DNA from: Acidobacteriota bacterium
GTDB taxonomy: Bacteria; Acidobacteriota; Thermoanaerobaculia; Gp7-AA8
Reading direction: 5' to 3'
NCBI GenBank assembly: GCA_016184115.1
Contig: JACPDH010000050.1
Span: forward strand, 1,701-65,700
DNA length: 64,000 nt
Shown: positions 52,605-60,346 of the stretch, piece after piece
Layout: each line of letters opens with the position of its first letter
Position numbering within the stretch: the first letter of the stretch is position 1
The notes under the pieces: model-generated
Seen by the model: the letters and a program-made list of their open reading frames with translations, nothing else
What the model was told of the DNA's origin: nothing
Databases searched by the model: none
Position numbers and translations under genes: made by a program

Positions 52605-55564
52605 GCCGAGCCTCCGCGGAGAACGTCGAGCACTTTTCGCTGTTCGCCTGCCTGCACATGCCGTTCGCGGCACCAGTGCCGAATGAGACAGTACTTGCAG
52701 GCATCGATTGACGGGACGGCAGGGAAACGGCCGTCCATCGCTGCGCCGACGAGCGTATCGAGCACGCCAGTCAGCGTCTCCTCGACTGCGCCGAGATTGA
52801 ACGAGAACTTTTCTGGTTTCGCCTCCGGATCGCGCAGTGGCAAGATCCGCGCGCTGACCTGCGCTGGATCGAGACCGAAGACCCGCCTAACGACGAGCGC
52901 ATAGATCGCGGTCTGCAGATGTTCGCCAGCGGCGATCTTCTTCTCGAGGTCCTTCAGATGGTTGCCTTTGCCCGACTTGTAGTCGACGACGCGAAGGCTT
53001 CCGTCAGTGCGACGATCGATCCGGTCGATCCTCCCGCGAACGCCGATGGCAACGCCAGCGGCATCGATCCGAGCCGCGGAGTCGCGACTGTCGATCTCCT
53101 TCTCGTACTCCTGCGGCAGCCAGTCGCCTTCCGCGAGCTGCCGCATGTCGGAGCGGACGAGCTCCGCGAGCGAGGCAAGCGTCTCGGCTCGTTCGATCGC
53201 GCGGAGTGTGCGATTCTGCGGCGGAGTCTTCGCGTCCAGCTCATCGAATGCACGTCCGACCTCCTCCGCGAGACGGGCGCGAAGCGCGGGGGAGAGAGCG
53301 TCGGCCGTCGCCGCTGCGAAGTCGGAGCTCGCGAGAGAGCGGTAGAAGCGCTCGAGGATCAGGTGGTCGAGCGTTCCCTTCTCGCGCGACTCGATTGCGA
53401 TTCCGGCATCGGGCTCCTCGAGCTCTCTCGCGCCGATGAGTGCCGCGAGGAAGAAGCGCTGCGGACACTCACCGAGCTGCTCGATGATCGACGGAGAGAT
53501 CGAAGCGAAGAGCGAGCGTACGCGTGCCTCGAGCGCGCTGCCGGGTGCCAGATAGCCGTCAAAAGGCGTATCGCCTCCATGCATCGCCGCGAGCTGCAGT
53601 TGGCGGACGAACTGCGGCGTTGGGTGCGCGAGGAGCTCGCCGGCGCGGCGCTCCGAGGCGTTCTGTGGCCCGGCAGGCGGGGTGTGACGAGTACGAAGCC
53701 ACTTGCTGAAATCGTGTAGGATCTCGCGTCGCTCCGTCGGGAGGTGATCGATCGCGAAGTCCTTGAGCATCGCCGACGGGCGAAGCGCCTTGCCGACGCC
53801 GTCTGCCGCGGGGAACGAGAAATGGATCGACCCACGGGCGCTCGCAACGAGCGATTCAAAGAGGAATCGCTCTTCCTCGCGCCCATCGCCGACGGTGCGG
53901 ACGCCTAACCGCACCCGGTCGGAATCGGTGAGGAGAGGGTCGTCGACGCGGCGCTGGGGGAGCTTGTCGTGCGTTGCGCGCAGCACGAAGAGGTGCTCCG
54001 CGGTGCGCCCGCGAAAACGCATCACGTCGCCGGCCCAGATTGCCGCTGCGTTCTCGTCGCGGCCGAGCTCGCCCGAGCCGTCGATTGCGCGCCGTACGTC
54101 GTCGGCGTCGAGGCGCGACGCGGCAAACGGGTCACGTTCGAAGAGCGAGGCGACACGTCGCAGTCGGATCGCTGATGCGACGTCGTCCTCGGTCTCCACT
54201 TCGAAAAGGTTGATCCATCGCTCGATCTCCTCGGCCCAGGCGGAGCCGCGCAACTGCGTCGACGCCTTCTTCGTGAGGCGTGCGAGGCGCTCGACGAGCA
54301 ACGCGTAGCCGAGAAGATCGCCGTCAGGCCCAGGGCGCTCGCTTCCCGTGTGATCGGATATCGCGATCGCCCGAACTTCTTCCGCACTCGCACGCGCGAT
54401 CTTTGCTCTCCGTGTTGCACGCTCGAGCCGGGAAAGCTCCGGGATCGTGCCAAGCGCACCGGGGCGCACGCCGCTCCGCACGACTTCCATCACATCGCGC
54501 CGCTGCATGCCACCGCGGGCGATCCGAAGCAGGGAGAGTATGCCGCGGACGATCCTGTTGCCGGCCAGAGGAGGGCCCGGCGTGCCGCGAAAGCTGAGTC
54601 CGAAGTCGTTGCCCGCTCGTTCGATCAGCTCGAGATCGGTCGTGTCGGCCGAACGCATGACGACGGCGCAGGACGACGATGGCACACCCGCATCGAGCAG
54701 GCGCTTGATCTCGCGGCAGACTTCACGAATCTCGCTCGCCGGCGAACGATAGCTCCGAATGTCCCAGGCCGGCTTGGCGGACTCGGCCGCAGCCGCACTC
54801 ATCCGTGAAACGGCGTGCGCCGAGAACGCCTCGATGAACGGCCTGGCATACGACGATGCCGCTGCCTTGCTGCCTGCCGGCGCTTCGAGCGGTGCCGGTA
54901 TCCACACCGAATCGACCCGACCCGCTGCTGCAAGCGTTCGAAGCAGATCGAGCTGCGCCTCGGTTGCATCGTAGAAGCCGAAAACGATCTGCGGAGCGAC
55001 GAGCGCTCCCGCGCGAATCCGCGCCGCCGCTTCAGTCAGCGCGTCGGCCTCGACGGTTGCGCCCGCGTCAGAGAGGAGCGACTCGTAGCGCTTCCAGACG
55101 GCGAGAGCCGCAACGAGTCGATCGCGATTGTGGAGTCCCTTGTGCTTCGTGATCCGTCGCGAGAGCTCGGCGAGCGACACGCCGCTGTCGCGCACGTCGC
55201 GATGCGTGCGAAGCAGCATTGGAGCCGCGCCGTGGATCGACGAGAGATCGCCGCCCGCCGATCGCAGCGCAAGCTCCATCGCCAGCGACGCCTCCGTGCT
55301 TTCCGCCAGGCGGGGATAGATCCCCCCGTCGTTGAGGACGCGCAGCGCGAACTGCTCGACCTGGAGTGCGCGCAGCCCTGCGATCGCTCCGCCGTCGCCG
55401 ATTGCCCTGCGCGCTACTTCTTCCGCGGCCGAGCGCGACGGAACGATGATCTCGACCGGCTCTCCGGGCCGCGCGCCGGGTTGCTGCGCCGCGATCCGCG
55501 CGCCGAGCGCCGCGGCGATCTCGGCGTATGTGCCGTGGTAGATCGGCGCACCGGTCGGAAACAT
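52601..55564 (-). CDS. addB: AddB-like PD-(D/E)XK nuclease subunit (no Walker A; Fe-S Cys cluster)
   Basis: 987 aa upstream of and coupled to addA. C-terminal nuclease motif VVDYKSGKG. Cys quartet GECPQRFF...CKYCLIRHWC. No GxxxxGK[ST] motif found. Confidence 0.7.
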   Translation of the reverse strand: MFPTGAPIYHGTYAEIAAALGARIAAQQPGARPGEPVEIIVPSRSAAEEVARRAIGDGGAIAGLRALQVEQFALRVLNDGGIYPRLAESTEASLAMELALRSAGGDLSSIHGAAPMLLRTHRDVRDSGVSLAELSRRITKHKGLHNRDRLVAALAVWKRYESLLSDAGATVEADALTEAAARIRAGALVAPQIVFGFYDATEAQLDLLRTLAAAGRVDSVWIPAPLEAPAGSKAAASSYARPFIEAFSAHAVSRMSAAAAESAKPAWDIRSYRSPASEIREVCREIKRLLDAGVPSSSCAVVMRSADTTDLELIERAGNDFGLSFRGTPGPPLAGNRIVRGILSLLRIARGGMQRRDVMEVVRSGVRPGALGTIPELSRLERATRRAKIARASAEEVRAIAISDHTGSERPGPDGDLLGYALLVERLARLTKKASTQLRGSAWAEEIERWINLFEVETEDDVASAIRLRRVASLFERDPFAASRLDADDVRRAIDGSGELGRDENAAAIWAGDVMRFRGRTAEHLFVLRATHDKLPQRRVDDPLLTDSDRVRLGVRTVGDGREEERFLFESLVASARGSIHFSFPAADGVGKALRPSAMLKDFAIDHLPTERREILHDFSKWLRTRHTPPAGPQNASERRAGELLAHPTPQFVRQLQLAAMHGGDTPFDGYLAPGSALEARVRSLFASISPSIIEQLGECPQRFFLAALIGARELEEPDAGIAIESREKGTLDHLILERFYRSLASSDFAAATADALSPALRARLAEEVGRAFDELDAKTPPQNRTLRAIERAETLASLAELVRSDMRQLAEGDWLPQEYEKEIDSRDSAARIDAAGVAIGVRGRIDRIDRRTDGSLRVVDYKSGKGNHLKDLEKKIAAGEHLQTAIYALVVRRVFGLDPAQVSARILPLRDPEAKPEKFSFNLGAVEETLTGVLDTLVGAAMDGRFPAVPSIDACKYCLIRHWCRERHVQAGEQRKVLDVLRGGSA

Positions 55565-55602
55565 GAAGGTGATTGTAAACGCGATCGAAACGCGGCAAGT
55601 CA

Positions 55603-55812
55603 GTGCGGAATGCGGAGTGCGGAACGCGGAATGCGGAGTGCGGAATTCGGAGTGCGGAGTGCGGAACGCGGAGTGCGGAGTGCGGAACGCGGAACGCGAA
55701 ACGCGAAACCCGAATCGCGGAGTGCGGAGTGCGGAACGCGGAACGCGAAACGCGAAACCCGAATCGCGAAACCCGAATCGCGGAATGCGGGATGCGGAGT
55801 GCGGAATGCGGA
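55603..55812. repeat. 30-unit heptanucleotide tandem array (RYGCGGA/ACGCGAA variants)
   Basis: Exact 7-nt periodicity for 210 nt, including a 49-bp higher-order repeat (55673-55721 versus 55722-55770, one mismatch). Starts 38 nt upstream of the addB start codon. Confidence 0.9.
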
Positions 55813-55893
55813 GTGGGACGCGGCGAGAATGCTACCTGGTTGGCTGCTCCTGCGCCGTTGGTTTCACGCCAGGCTCTGTTCGGGGCCCTTCAT

Positions 55894-55956
55894 TTCGCAT
55901 TCCCCGTTTCGCGTTTCGAATTCCGCGTTTCGCGTTTAGCAATCGGCATTCCGCAC
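55894..55956. repeat. 9-unit inverted heptamer array (TTCGCGT/TCCGCAC variants)
   Basis: Reverse complement of the unit types at 55603-55812, so the two arrays form a long potential hairpin. Ends 33 nt before the vanZ-like ATG. Confidence 0.85.
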
Positions 55957-55989
55957 TCACTTCTCGCGCCTCAAGTACAATCGCCGAGC

Positions 55990-56466
55990 ATGGCCCGCAC
56001 AGTTCGAACGGTCACAATCAGTCGTCCGACGACGATTGCACTGCTCGTCTTCGCCACCGTCGTGATCGCATTGATCACGCTTTGGGCGTCGGGAAAGGCC
56101 TACGCGAAGGTCGATCCCGTGCCGTTTCACGACCTGCGACTGCTGGGTGACAAGCTTGCCGAAGGTCCGGTGCCGTTTCCGACGTTCGTGGCGCTGATCT
56201 CGCCGATGATCCTCAACATGCTCCTCTTCATGCCCTGGGGATTCCTGGCATTCATCGCGCTCGACACCCCTGCGCGACCGGCGCTGCAAAGCTACCTGTT
56301 GACGATCCTGCTCGCGCTCGGGCTCAGCTTCGCCGTGGAGGCGACGCAATACTTCCTTCCTGACCGGGTAACCGATGTGAACGACGTGATCTGGAATTCG
56401 GCCGGGGCGCTCGCGGGCGCCTTCTTCGGACATCTGCGCAAGCGGGTGCGCGTCGCATTCGAGTGA
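55990..56466 (+). CDS. VanZ-like membrane protein
   Basis: Four TM helices with FMPWGFL and EATQYFLPDRVTDVNDVIWNSAGALAG motifs. Confidence 0.7.
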   Translation: MARTVRTVTISRPTTIALLVFATVVIALITLWASGKAYAKVDPVPFHDLRLLGDKLAEGPVPFPTFVALISPMILNMLLFMPWGFLAFIALDTPARPALQSYLLTILLALGLSFAVEATQYFLPDRVTDVNDVIWNSAGALAGAFFGHLRKRVRVAFE

Positions 56467-56473
56467 GGCCGCG

Positions 56474-57553
56474 ATGACGTTGCCGATACTCCCCGGCGAG
56501 ATGTGTGACGAGCTCCGCAAGACCGTGCTCGGACAGGACGAGGCGACGCGCGAGATCGGCGTCGCGATCGTGAAGCACGTCGCAGGACAAGGGGGAGACA
56601 ACATCCTCCTGATCGGGAACTCCGGTTCGGGGAAGACGACGTTGATGCGGGCTGTCGAGCAGGTCTTGCGCGGCCGTCCCGATCTCGCCCGGTACTCGAA
56701 CGTGGTCCGGATCAACGCGAACGTGCTCGCCGAATCGCGCGAAGGCTATGGCCGCTCGGTGTTGACGCGGCTTTACGCGAACGCGCAGAAGGCGCTCGGT
56801 CCCGGCGCGCCGCTCGAAGAGCTGCTCCGCTGGGTAGAAGGAGGCATCGTCTTCATCGACGAGGTCGACAAGATCAGGGCGAGCGTCGGCGAGAGCGCGC
56901 ACGTCAAAGGTATCGTCGCCCAGGAAGCACTGCTCACGCTGATGGAGAACGAAAACGTCGAGCTCGAGATCGACCTACCCGAGCGCCGCACCGTCGCGAT
57001 CAACTCCTCGCAAATTCTCTTCGTTGCAGGCGGCGCATTCGAAGAGATGTACGACACCGTCTACCGGCGCGCGGTGTTAGGCACGGACGTGGCGCCGCTG
57101 CGGCCGGTCGTCGTCGTCTCGTCGACCGGCGTCGTCCGCGAAGAGACGACATTCCATCTGCGCGACTACATGAAGTACGAGGACTTGTTTCGTTATGGAA
57201 TGACGCCCCAGTTCGTCTCGCGATTCGAGTCGATCATCGTGTTGCGCGACCTTGGTGAAGAGGAGCTTGCAAAGATCTTCATCGAACCGGAAGGATCGAT
57301 CTTCAGGCGCTCGCGCGGCTGGTTCGCGAAGTTCGGACTCGACCTTCAGATCACACGAGGTGCGATGAAGATGATCGCGTGGGAGGCCGCGCGCCAGAAA
57401 CGCCTCGGCGCGCGCGCTCTCAAGGAAGTCTGGCGGCGGGTGATCCGCGATGCCGAATTCGACCCCGCGGCTGCCAACCCGACGCGAGGCGCCGACGGAC
57501 GTGGCGTGTTGACGGTGGACGAGGCGATGGTCAAGCGGGCAGTCGGGGGGTGA
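56474..57553 (+). CDS. ClpX-like AAA+ ATPase lacking the N-terminal zinc-binding domain
   Basis: Walker A LLIGNSGSGKTT, Walker B IVFIDEVDK, ClpX-like QEALLTLME and FVAGGAF segments, sensor-2 region. No Cys-cluster N-domain. Confidence 0.65.
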   Translation: MTLPILPGEMCDELRKTVLGQDEATREIGVAIVKHVAGQGGDNILLIGNSGSGKTTLMRAVEQVLRGRPDLARYSNVVRINANVLAESREGYGRSVLTRLYANAQKALGPGAPLEELLRWVEGGIVFIDEVDKIRASVGESAHVKGIVAQEALLTLMENENVELEIDLPERRTVAINSSQILFVAGGAFEEMYDTVYRRAVLGTDVAPLRPVVVVSSTGVVREETTFHLRDYMKYEDLFRYGMTPQFVSRFESIIVLRDLGEEELAKIFIEPEGSIFRRSRGWFAKFGLDLQITRGAMKMIAWEAARQKRLGARALKEVWRRVIRDAEFDPAAANPTRGADGRGVLTVDEAMVKRAVGG

Positions 57554-57570
57554 GGGGCATTCAGGAAAGG

Positions 57571-57660
57571 CTGAGGTGAGAGGTTAGAACGGCGAACGTT
57601 GAATCCAGAAGCCGGGCCTTTCTGGATTCAACGTTCGTCGTTCTAACTTCTCACTTCAAG
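57571..57660. repeat. 90-nt palindromic repeat element (second copy of the GTTAGAACG...TTGAATCCAGAA family)
   Basis: Arms 57571-57610 and 57620-57660. The only three substitutions are G (left) opposite T (right), giving G.U pairs in a + strand RNA. Lies 18 nt after the AAA+ gene stop. Confidence 0.8.
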
Positions 57661-57707
57661 ACGAAGTGGGCAGCTGGTTACAACCAGCAACCAACAACCG
57701 CCCCGGC

Positions 57708-57736
57708 TTGACCCCCGCTCCCCGATCGACTACAAC
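57708..57736 (+). promoter_or_regulatory. candidate sigma70-type promoter for ftsY
   Basis: TTGACC, 17 nt, TACAAC, located 19 nt upstream of the ftsY ATG. Confidence 0.35.
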
Positions 57737-57754
57737 CCGCCGCGGGAGACGCTG

Positions 57755-58684
57755 ATGGCCGAGAGATCATTTTTCCAGAAGCTGAAGCGCGGCCTTTTCA
57801 TGACCCACACCGAGGTCATCGAAAAGGTGAAGGAGGCGTTCACACCCGAGCTCGGCGTCGACCAGGGAGTGGTCGATGCGCTCGAGGAGGGGCTGCTGGG
57901 GGCTGATGTCGGCGCGGAGCTGACCGGCGAGATCATTGGCAAACTCGAAGGGCGGATTCGCGACAAAAAGATCAGCGACATGGACGAGCTCGCTCGCGTC
58001 GTCAAGGAAGAGACGCGCGCGCTGATCCCGCAGCACGTGATGCAAACGATCGATACGACGAAGGCGAAGCCATTCGTCATTCTCGTCGTCGGCGTGAATG
58101 GCACCGGCAAGACGACGACGATCGCGAAACTCGCAACGCGATGGAAGAACGAAGGAAAGAGCGTGCTACTCGGTGCGGCCGACACCTTCCGCGCCGCGGC
58201 GATCGAACAGCTCCAGATGTGGGCCGATCGCGCGGGTGTGCCGATGGTCAAGCACAAGACGGGCTCCGATCCGGCGGCAGTCGCGCACGACACAGTGGCG
58301 GCCGCGAAGTCGCGTGGCGTCGACGTGGCGATCATCGACACGGCGGGACGGCTTCACAACAAATCGCATCTGATGCAGGAGCTCGCAAAAGTCCATCGAG
58401 TCATCGACAAGGAGCTTCCGGGTGCGCCGCACGAGACGATCCTCGTCATCGACGGGACGACGGGCCAGAACGGCGTCAGCCAGGCGAAGGCGTTTCTCGA
58501 AGCCGCGAAGGTCACCGGACTCGTCGTGACGAAACTCGACGGCACGGCGAAGGGGGGCGTAATCCTCTCGATCATGCGTCACTTCAACATTCCGGTGAAG
58601 TTCGTCGGCGTCGGTGAAGGAGCCGACGACCTCATCCCGTTCGACCCGAACGACTTCGTCGACGGGCTATTCGACGCGGATTAG
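57755..58684 (+). CDS. ftsY: signal recognition particle receptor FtsY
   Basis: NG domain motifs GVNGTGKTTT, DTFRAAA, DTAGR, TKLDGTAKGG. Confidence 0.9.
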   Translation: MAERSFFQKLKRGLFMTHTEVIEKVKEAFTPELGVDQGVVDALEEGLLGADVGAELTGEIIGKLEGRIRDKKISDMDELARVVKEETRALIPQHVMQTIDTTKAKPFVILVVGVNGTGKTTTIAKLATRWKNEGKSVLLGAADTFRAAAIEQLQMWADRAGVPMVKHKTGSDPAAVAHDTVAAAKSRGVDVAIIDTAGRLHNKSHLMQELAKVHRVIDKELPGAPHETILVIDGTTGQNGVSQAKAFLEAAKVTGLVVTKLDGTAKGGVILSIMRHFNIPVKFVGVGEGADDLIPFDPNDFVDGLFDAD

Positions 58685-58689
58685 CGAGG

Positions 58690-58720
58690 GAGTGCTGAGT
58701 GCTGAGTGCTGAGTGCTGAG
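58690..58720. repeat. 4.4-unit heptamer array (GAGTGCT)n
   Basis: Perfect 7-nt tandem repeats starting 6 nt after the ftsY stop codon. Confidence 0.9.
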
Positions 58721-58860
58721 TTTGGCGAGTCTTCCGGGCGAAGCAAGAGAAAAGAGAAGAGATTCGAGTTGCGTCGCAGCGTGGCGCCTCGTCGTAGGTA
58801 GGTCGACCTCGTTCAAATCTCATTACTGTTCTCTTGTCTCTCGCTCCGGCACCGGTTACA

Positions 58861-58919
58861 ACTCAGCACTCAGCACTCAGCACTCAGCACTCAGCACTCA
58901 GCACTCAGCACTCAGCACT
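58861..58919. repeat. 8.4-unit inverted heptamer array (ACTCAGC)n
   Basis: Perfect repeats that are the reverse complement of (GAGTGCT)n. Ends 7 nt before the EamA-family ATG. Confidence 0.9.
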
Positions 58920-58926
58920 ACGTCCG

Positions 58927-59814
58927 ATGGCCCGCCCCTCCCACATCGCGTCGCTGACGATCGCCCTGCTCGCCGTCTCGGTCAGTGCGATCCTCATCAG
59001 GCTCTGCATCTCACCTCCGACGACGATCGCATTCTGGCGGCTGCTGATGGCGGGCGCGGTGTTCCTCGCCTGGTCGGGCGCCACCGGTCAGTGGCGCCCG
59101 TCGCGCCGCGACCTCGGGATCGCATTCGTCGCAGCGATTTTTCTCGCGGCGCATTTCTATCTCTGGATTGGATCGCTCTTCATGACGTCGATCAACTCGT
59201 CTGTCGTCCTTCTCGCGACGCAACCGCTTTTTGCCCTCGTACTCCAGGTGATCTTCGAGAGGGTTCCCGCGGCAGCGCGCAACATTCTCTCTCTCGTCGG
59301 CGGCCTCACCGGCGCCGCGATCCTCGCGCACGGCGACTTCCTCAAAGGGGGGCTCGCCGGTAAGGGCGATCTCTATTCGATCGCGGGGACGGCGATGGTT
59401 GCCGTCTATCTGCTCGTCGGAACGAAACGACGCGGGGCGCTCGTTCCGTACCTTGGCGCGGTCTACACGATGTCGGGGCTGATGCTCGCGCTGGTCGCTG
59501 CCGTCAGTGGCGACACGCTCGTCGCCGCGCGCCCCATCGACTGGCTCTGGCTCGCGCTCCTCGCGGCGGTGCCGACGCTGCTCGGCCATACGCTGCTCAA
59601 TCGCGCAATGCAGCACTTCCCGTCGTACGCGGTGAACCTCTCGATCCTCGTCGAGCCGCTGCTGACGAGCGTGCTCGCCTTCTTCGTATTCTCGGAAGTT
59701 CCGACCGGGAACGTCATCCTTGGCGCCGCGCTCATCATTGCCGCGGTGCTGGTGGAGCTGTTAGGCGGGCGCAAAGAAGCCAGGGCGAATGGAGCATCGA
59801 GTATTCTGAAATGA
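58927..59814 (+). CDS. EamA/DMT-family transporter
   Basis: Ten TM-like helices in two EamA-like halves. Start at MARPSH; the track ORF reads through the heptamer array and was rejected. Confidence 0.8.
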   Translation: MARPSHIASLTIALLAVSVSAILIRLCISPPTTIAFWRLLMAGAVFLAWSGATGQWRPSRRDLGIAFVAAIFLAAHFYLWIGSLFMTSINSSVVLLATQPLFALVLQVIFERVPAAARNILSLVGGLTGAAILAHGDFLKGGLAGKGDLYSIAGTAMVAVYLLVGTKRRGALVPYLGAVYTMSGLMLALVAAVSGDTLVAARPIDWLWLALLAAVPTLLGHTLLNRAMQHFPSYAVNLSILVEPLLTSVLAFFVFSEVPTGNVILGAALIIAAVLVELLGGRKEARANGASSILK

Positions 59815-59897
59815 GATTCGTGCGGAGGGGCGGCGCCCGCGCTCGCGTCGCAGGGGCGACCCGCCGGATCGCCCGATCTCGCGCCTTCCTGCAAATG

Positions 59898-59923
59898 AAA
59901 ACGGGCGACATGTCTCGTCGCCC
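59898..59923 (-). terminator. rho-independent terminator for the minus-strand pgm-ferredoxin unit
   Basis: 7-bp stem GGGCGAC/GTCGCCC, followed on the minus strand by TTTT. Confidence 0.55.
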
Positions 59924-59967
59924 CTACGGATGCCTGCTTTGACCTTCGGCCTCTCTCCTGCTTTGAC

Positions 59968-60297
59968 CTATGACCTTTGACCTTCGTCCTGAATCACCAG
60001 CTTCTTGTCCTCCGCGACCGGCCCGTCGCCCATCTCTCCTTCGTAGGCTCGCTTGGCCGACTCGCGGTCGAGGTGCGAATAGACCTCGCCGGACGGGTAG
60101 TGGATCATGTTAGGTCCGTGATCGCAGAGGTCGAGGCAGGAGACCTTGCAGACTCGGACGGTGCCCTTGCGCCCCTTCTCGCGATTGAGATCCTTGAGCG
60201 TCTCCTGGATCCGCTCGCCCCGCTCCTCGCCGCGCTCTTCCTTGTTGCAGCGGCCGCCGATGCAGACGAGGAAATGGTGCTCGAACTTGTATTTCAT
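59968..60297 (-). CDS. thioredoxin-like [2Fe-2S] ferredoxin
   Basis: HFLVCIGGRC...VSCLDLCDHGPN Cys pattern. Confidence 0.75.
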   Translation of the reverse strand: MKYKFEHHFLVCIGGRCNKEERGEERGERIQETLKDLNREKGRKGTVRVCKVSCLDLCDHGPNMIHYPSGEVYSHLDRESAKRAYEGEMGDGPVAEDKKLVIQDEGQRS

Positions 60298-60346
60298 CGG
60301 TATCGACTCTCCAGGTCGTGGCGTCGTGCGCCGCGTCGTGCGAGGC

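Noticed and set aside
55603-55956. Heptamer arrays (also 58690-58919) as a CRISPR array
   Set aside because: The units are 7 nt with no unique spacers, there are no cas genes, and the architecture is inverted arrays. This is not CRISPR.
54815-56150. Long + strand ORFs (54815-55939, 55563-56150, and the 55603 start of the 287-aa ORF) reading through the heptamer arrays
   Set aside because: The translations are 7-aa periodic (AECGVRN...) only because 7-nt repeats are read in three frames. They are antisense to addB or purely repeat-derived, with no plausible start context.
58801-58825. GTTCAAATC T-loop-like motif in the spacer between the heptamer arrays (possible tRNA remnant)
   Set aside because: The flanking bases do not form a T-stem, and no acceptor or anticodon arms can be drawn.
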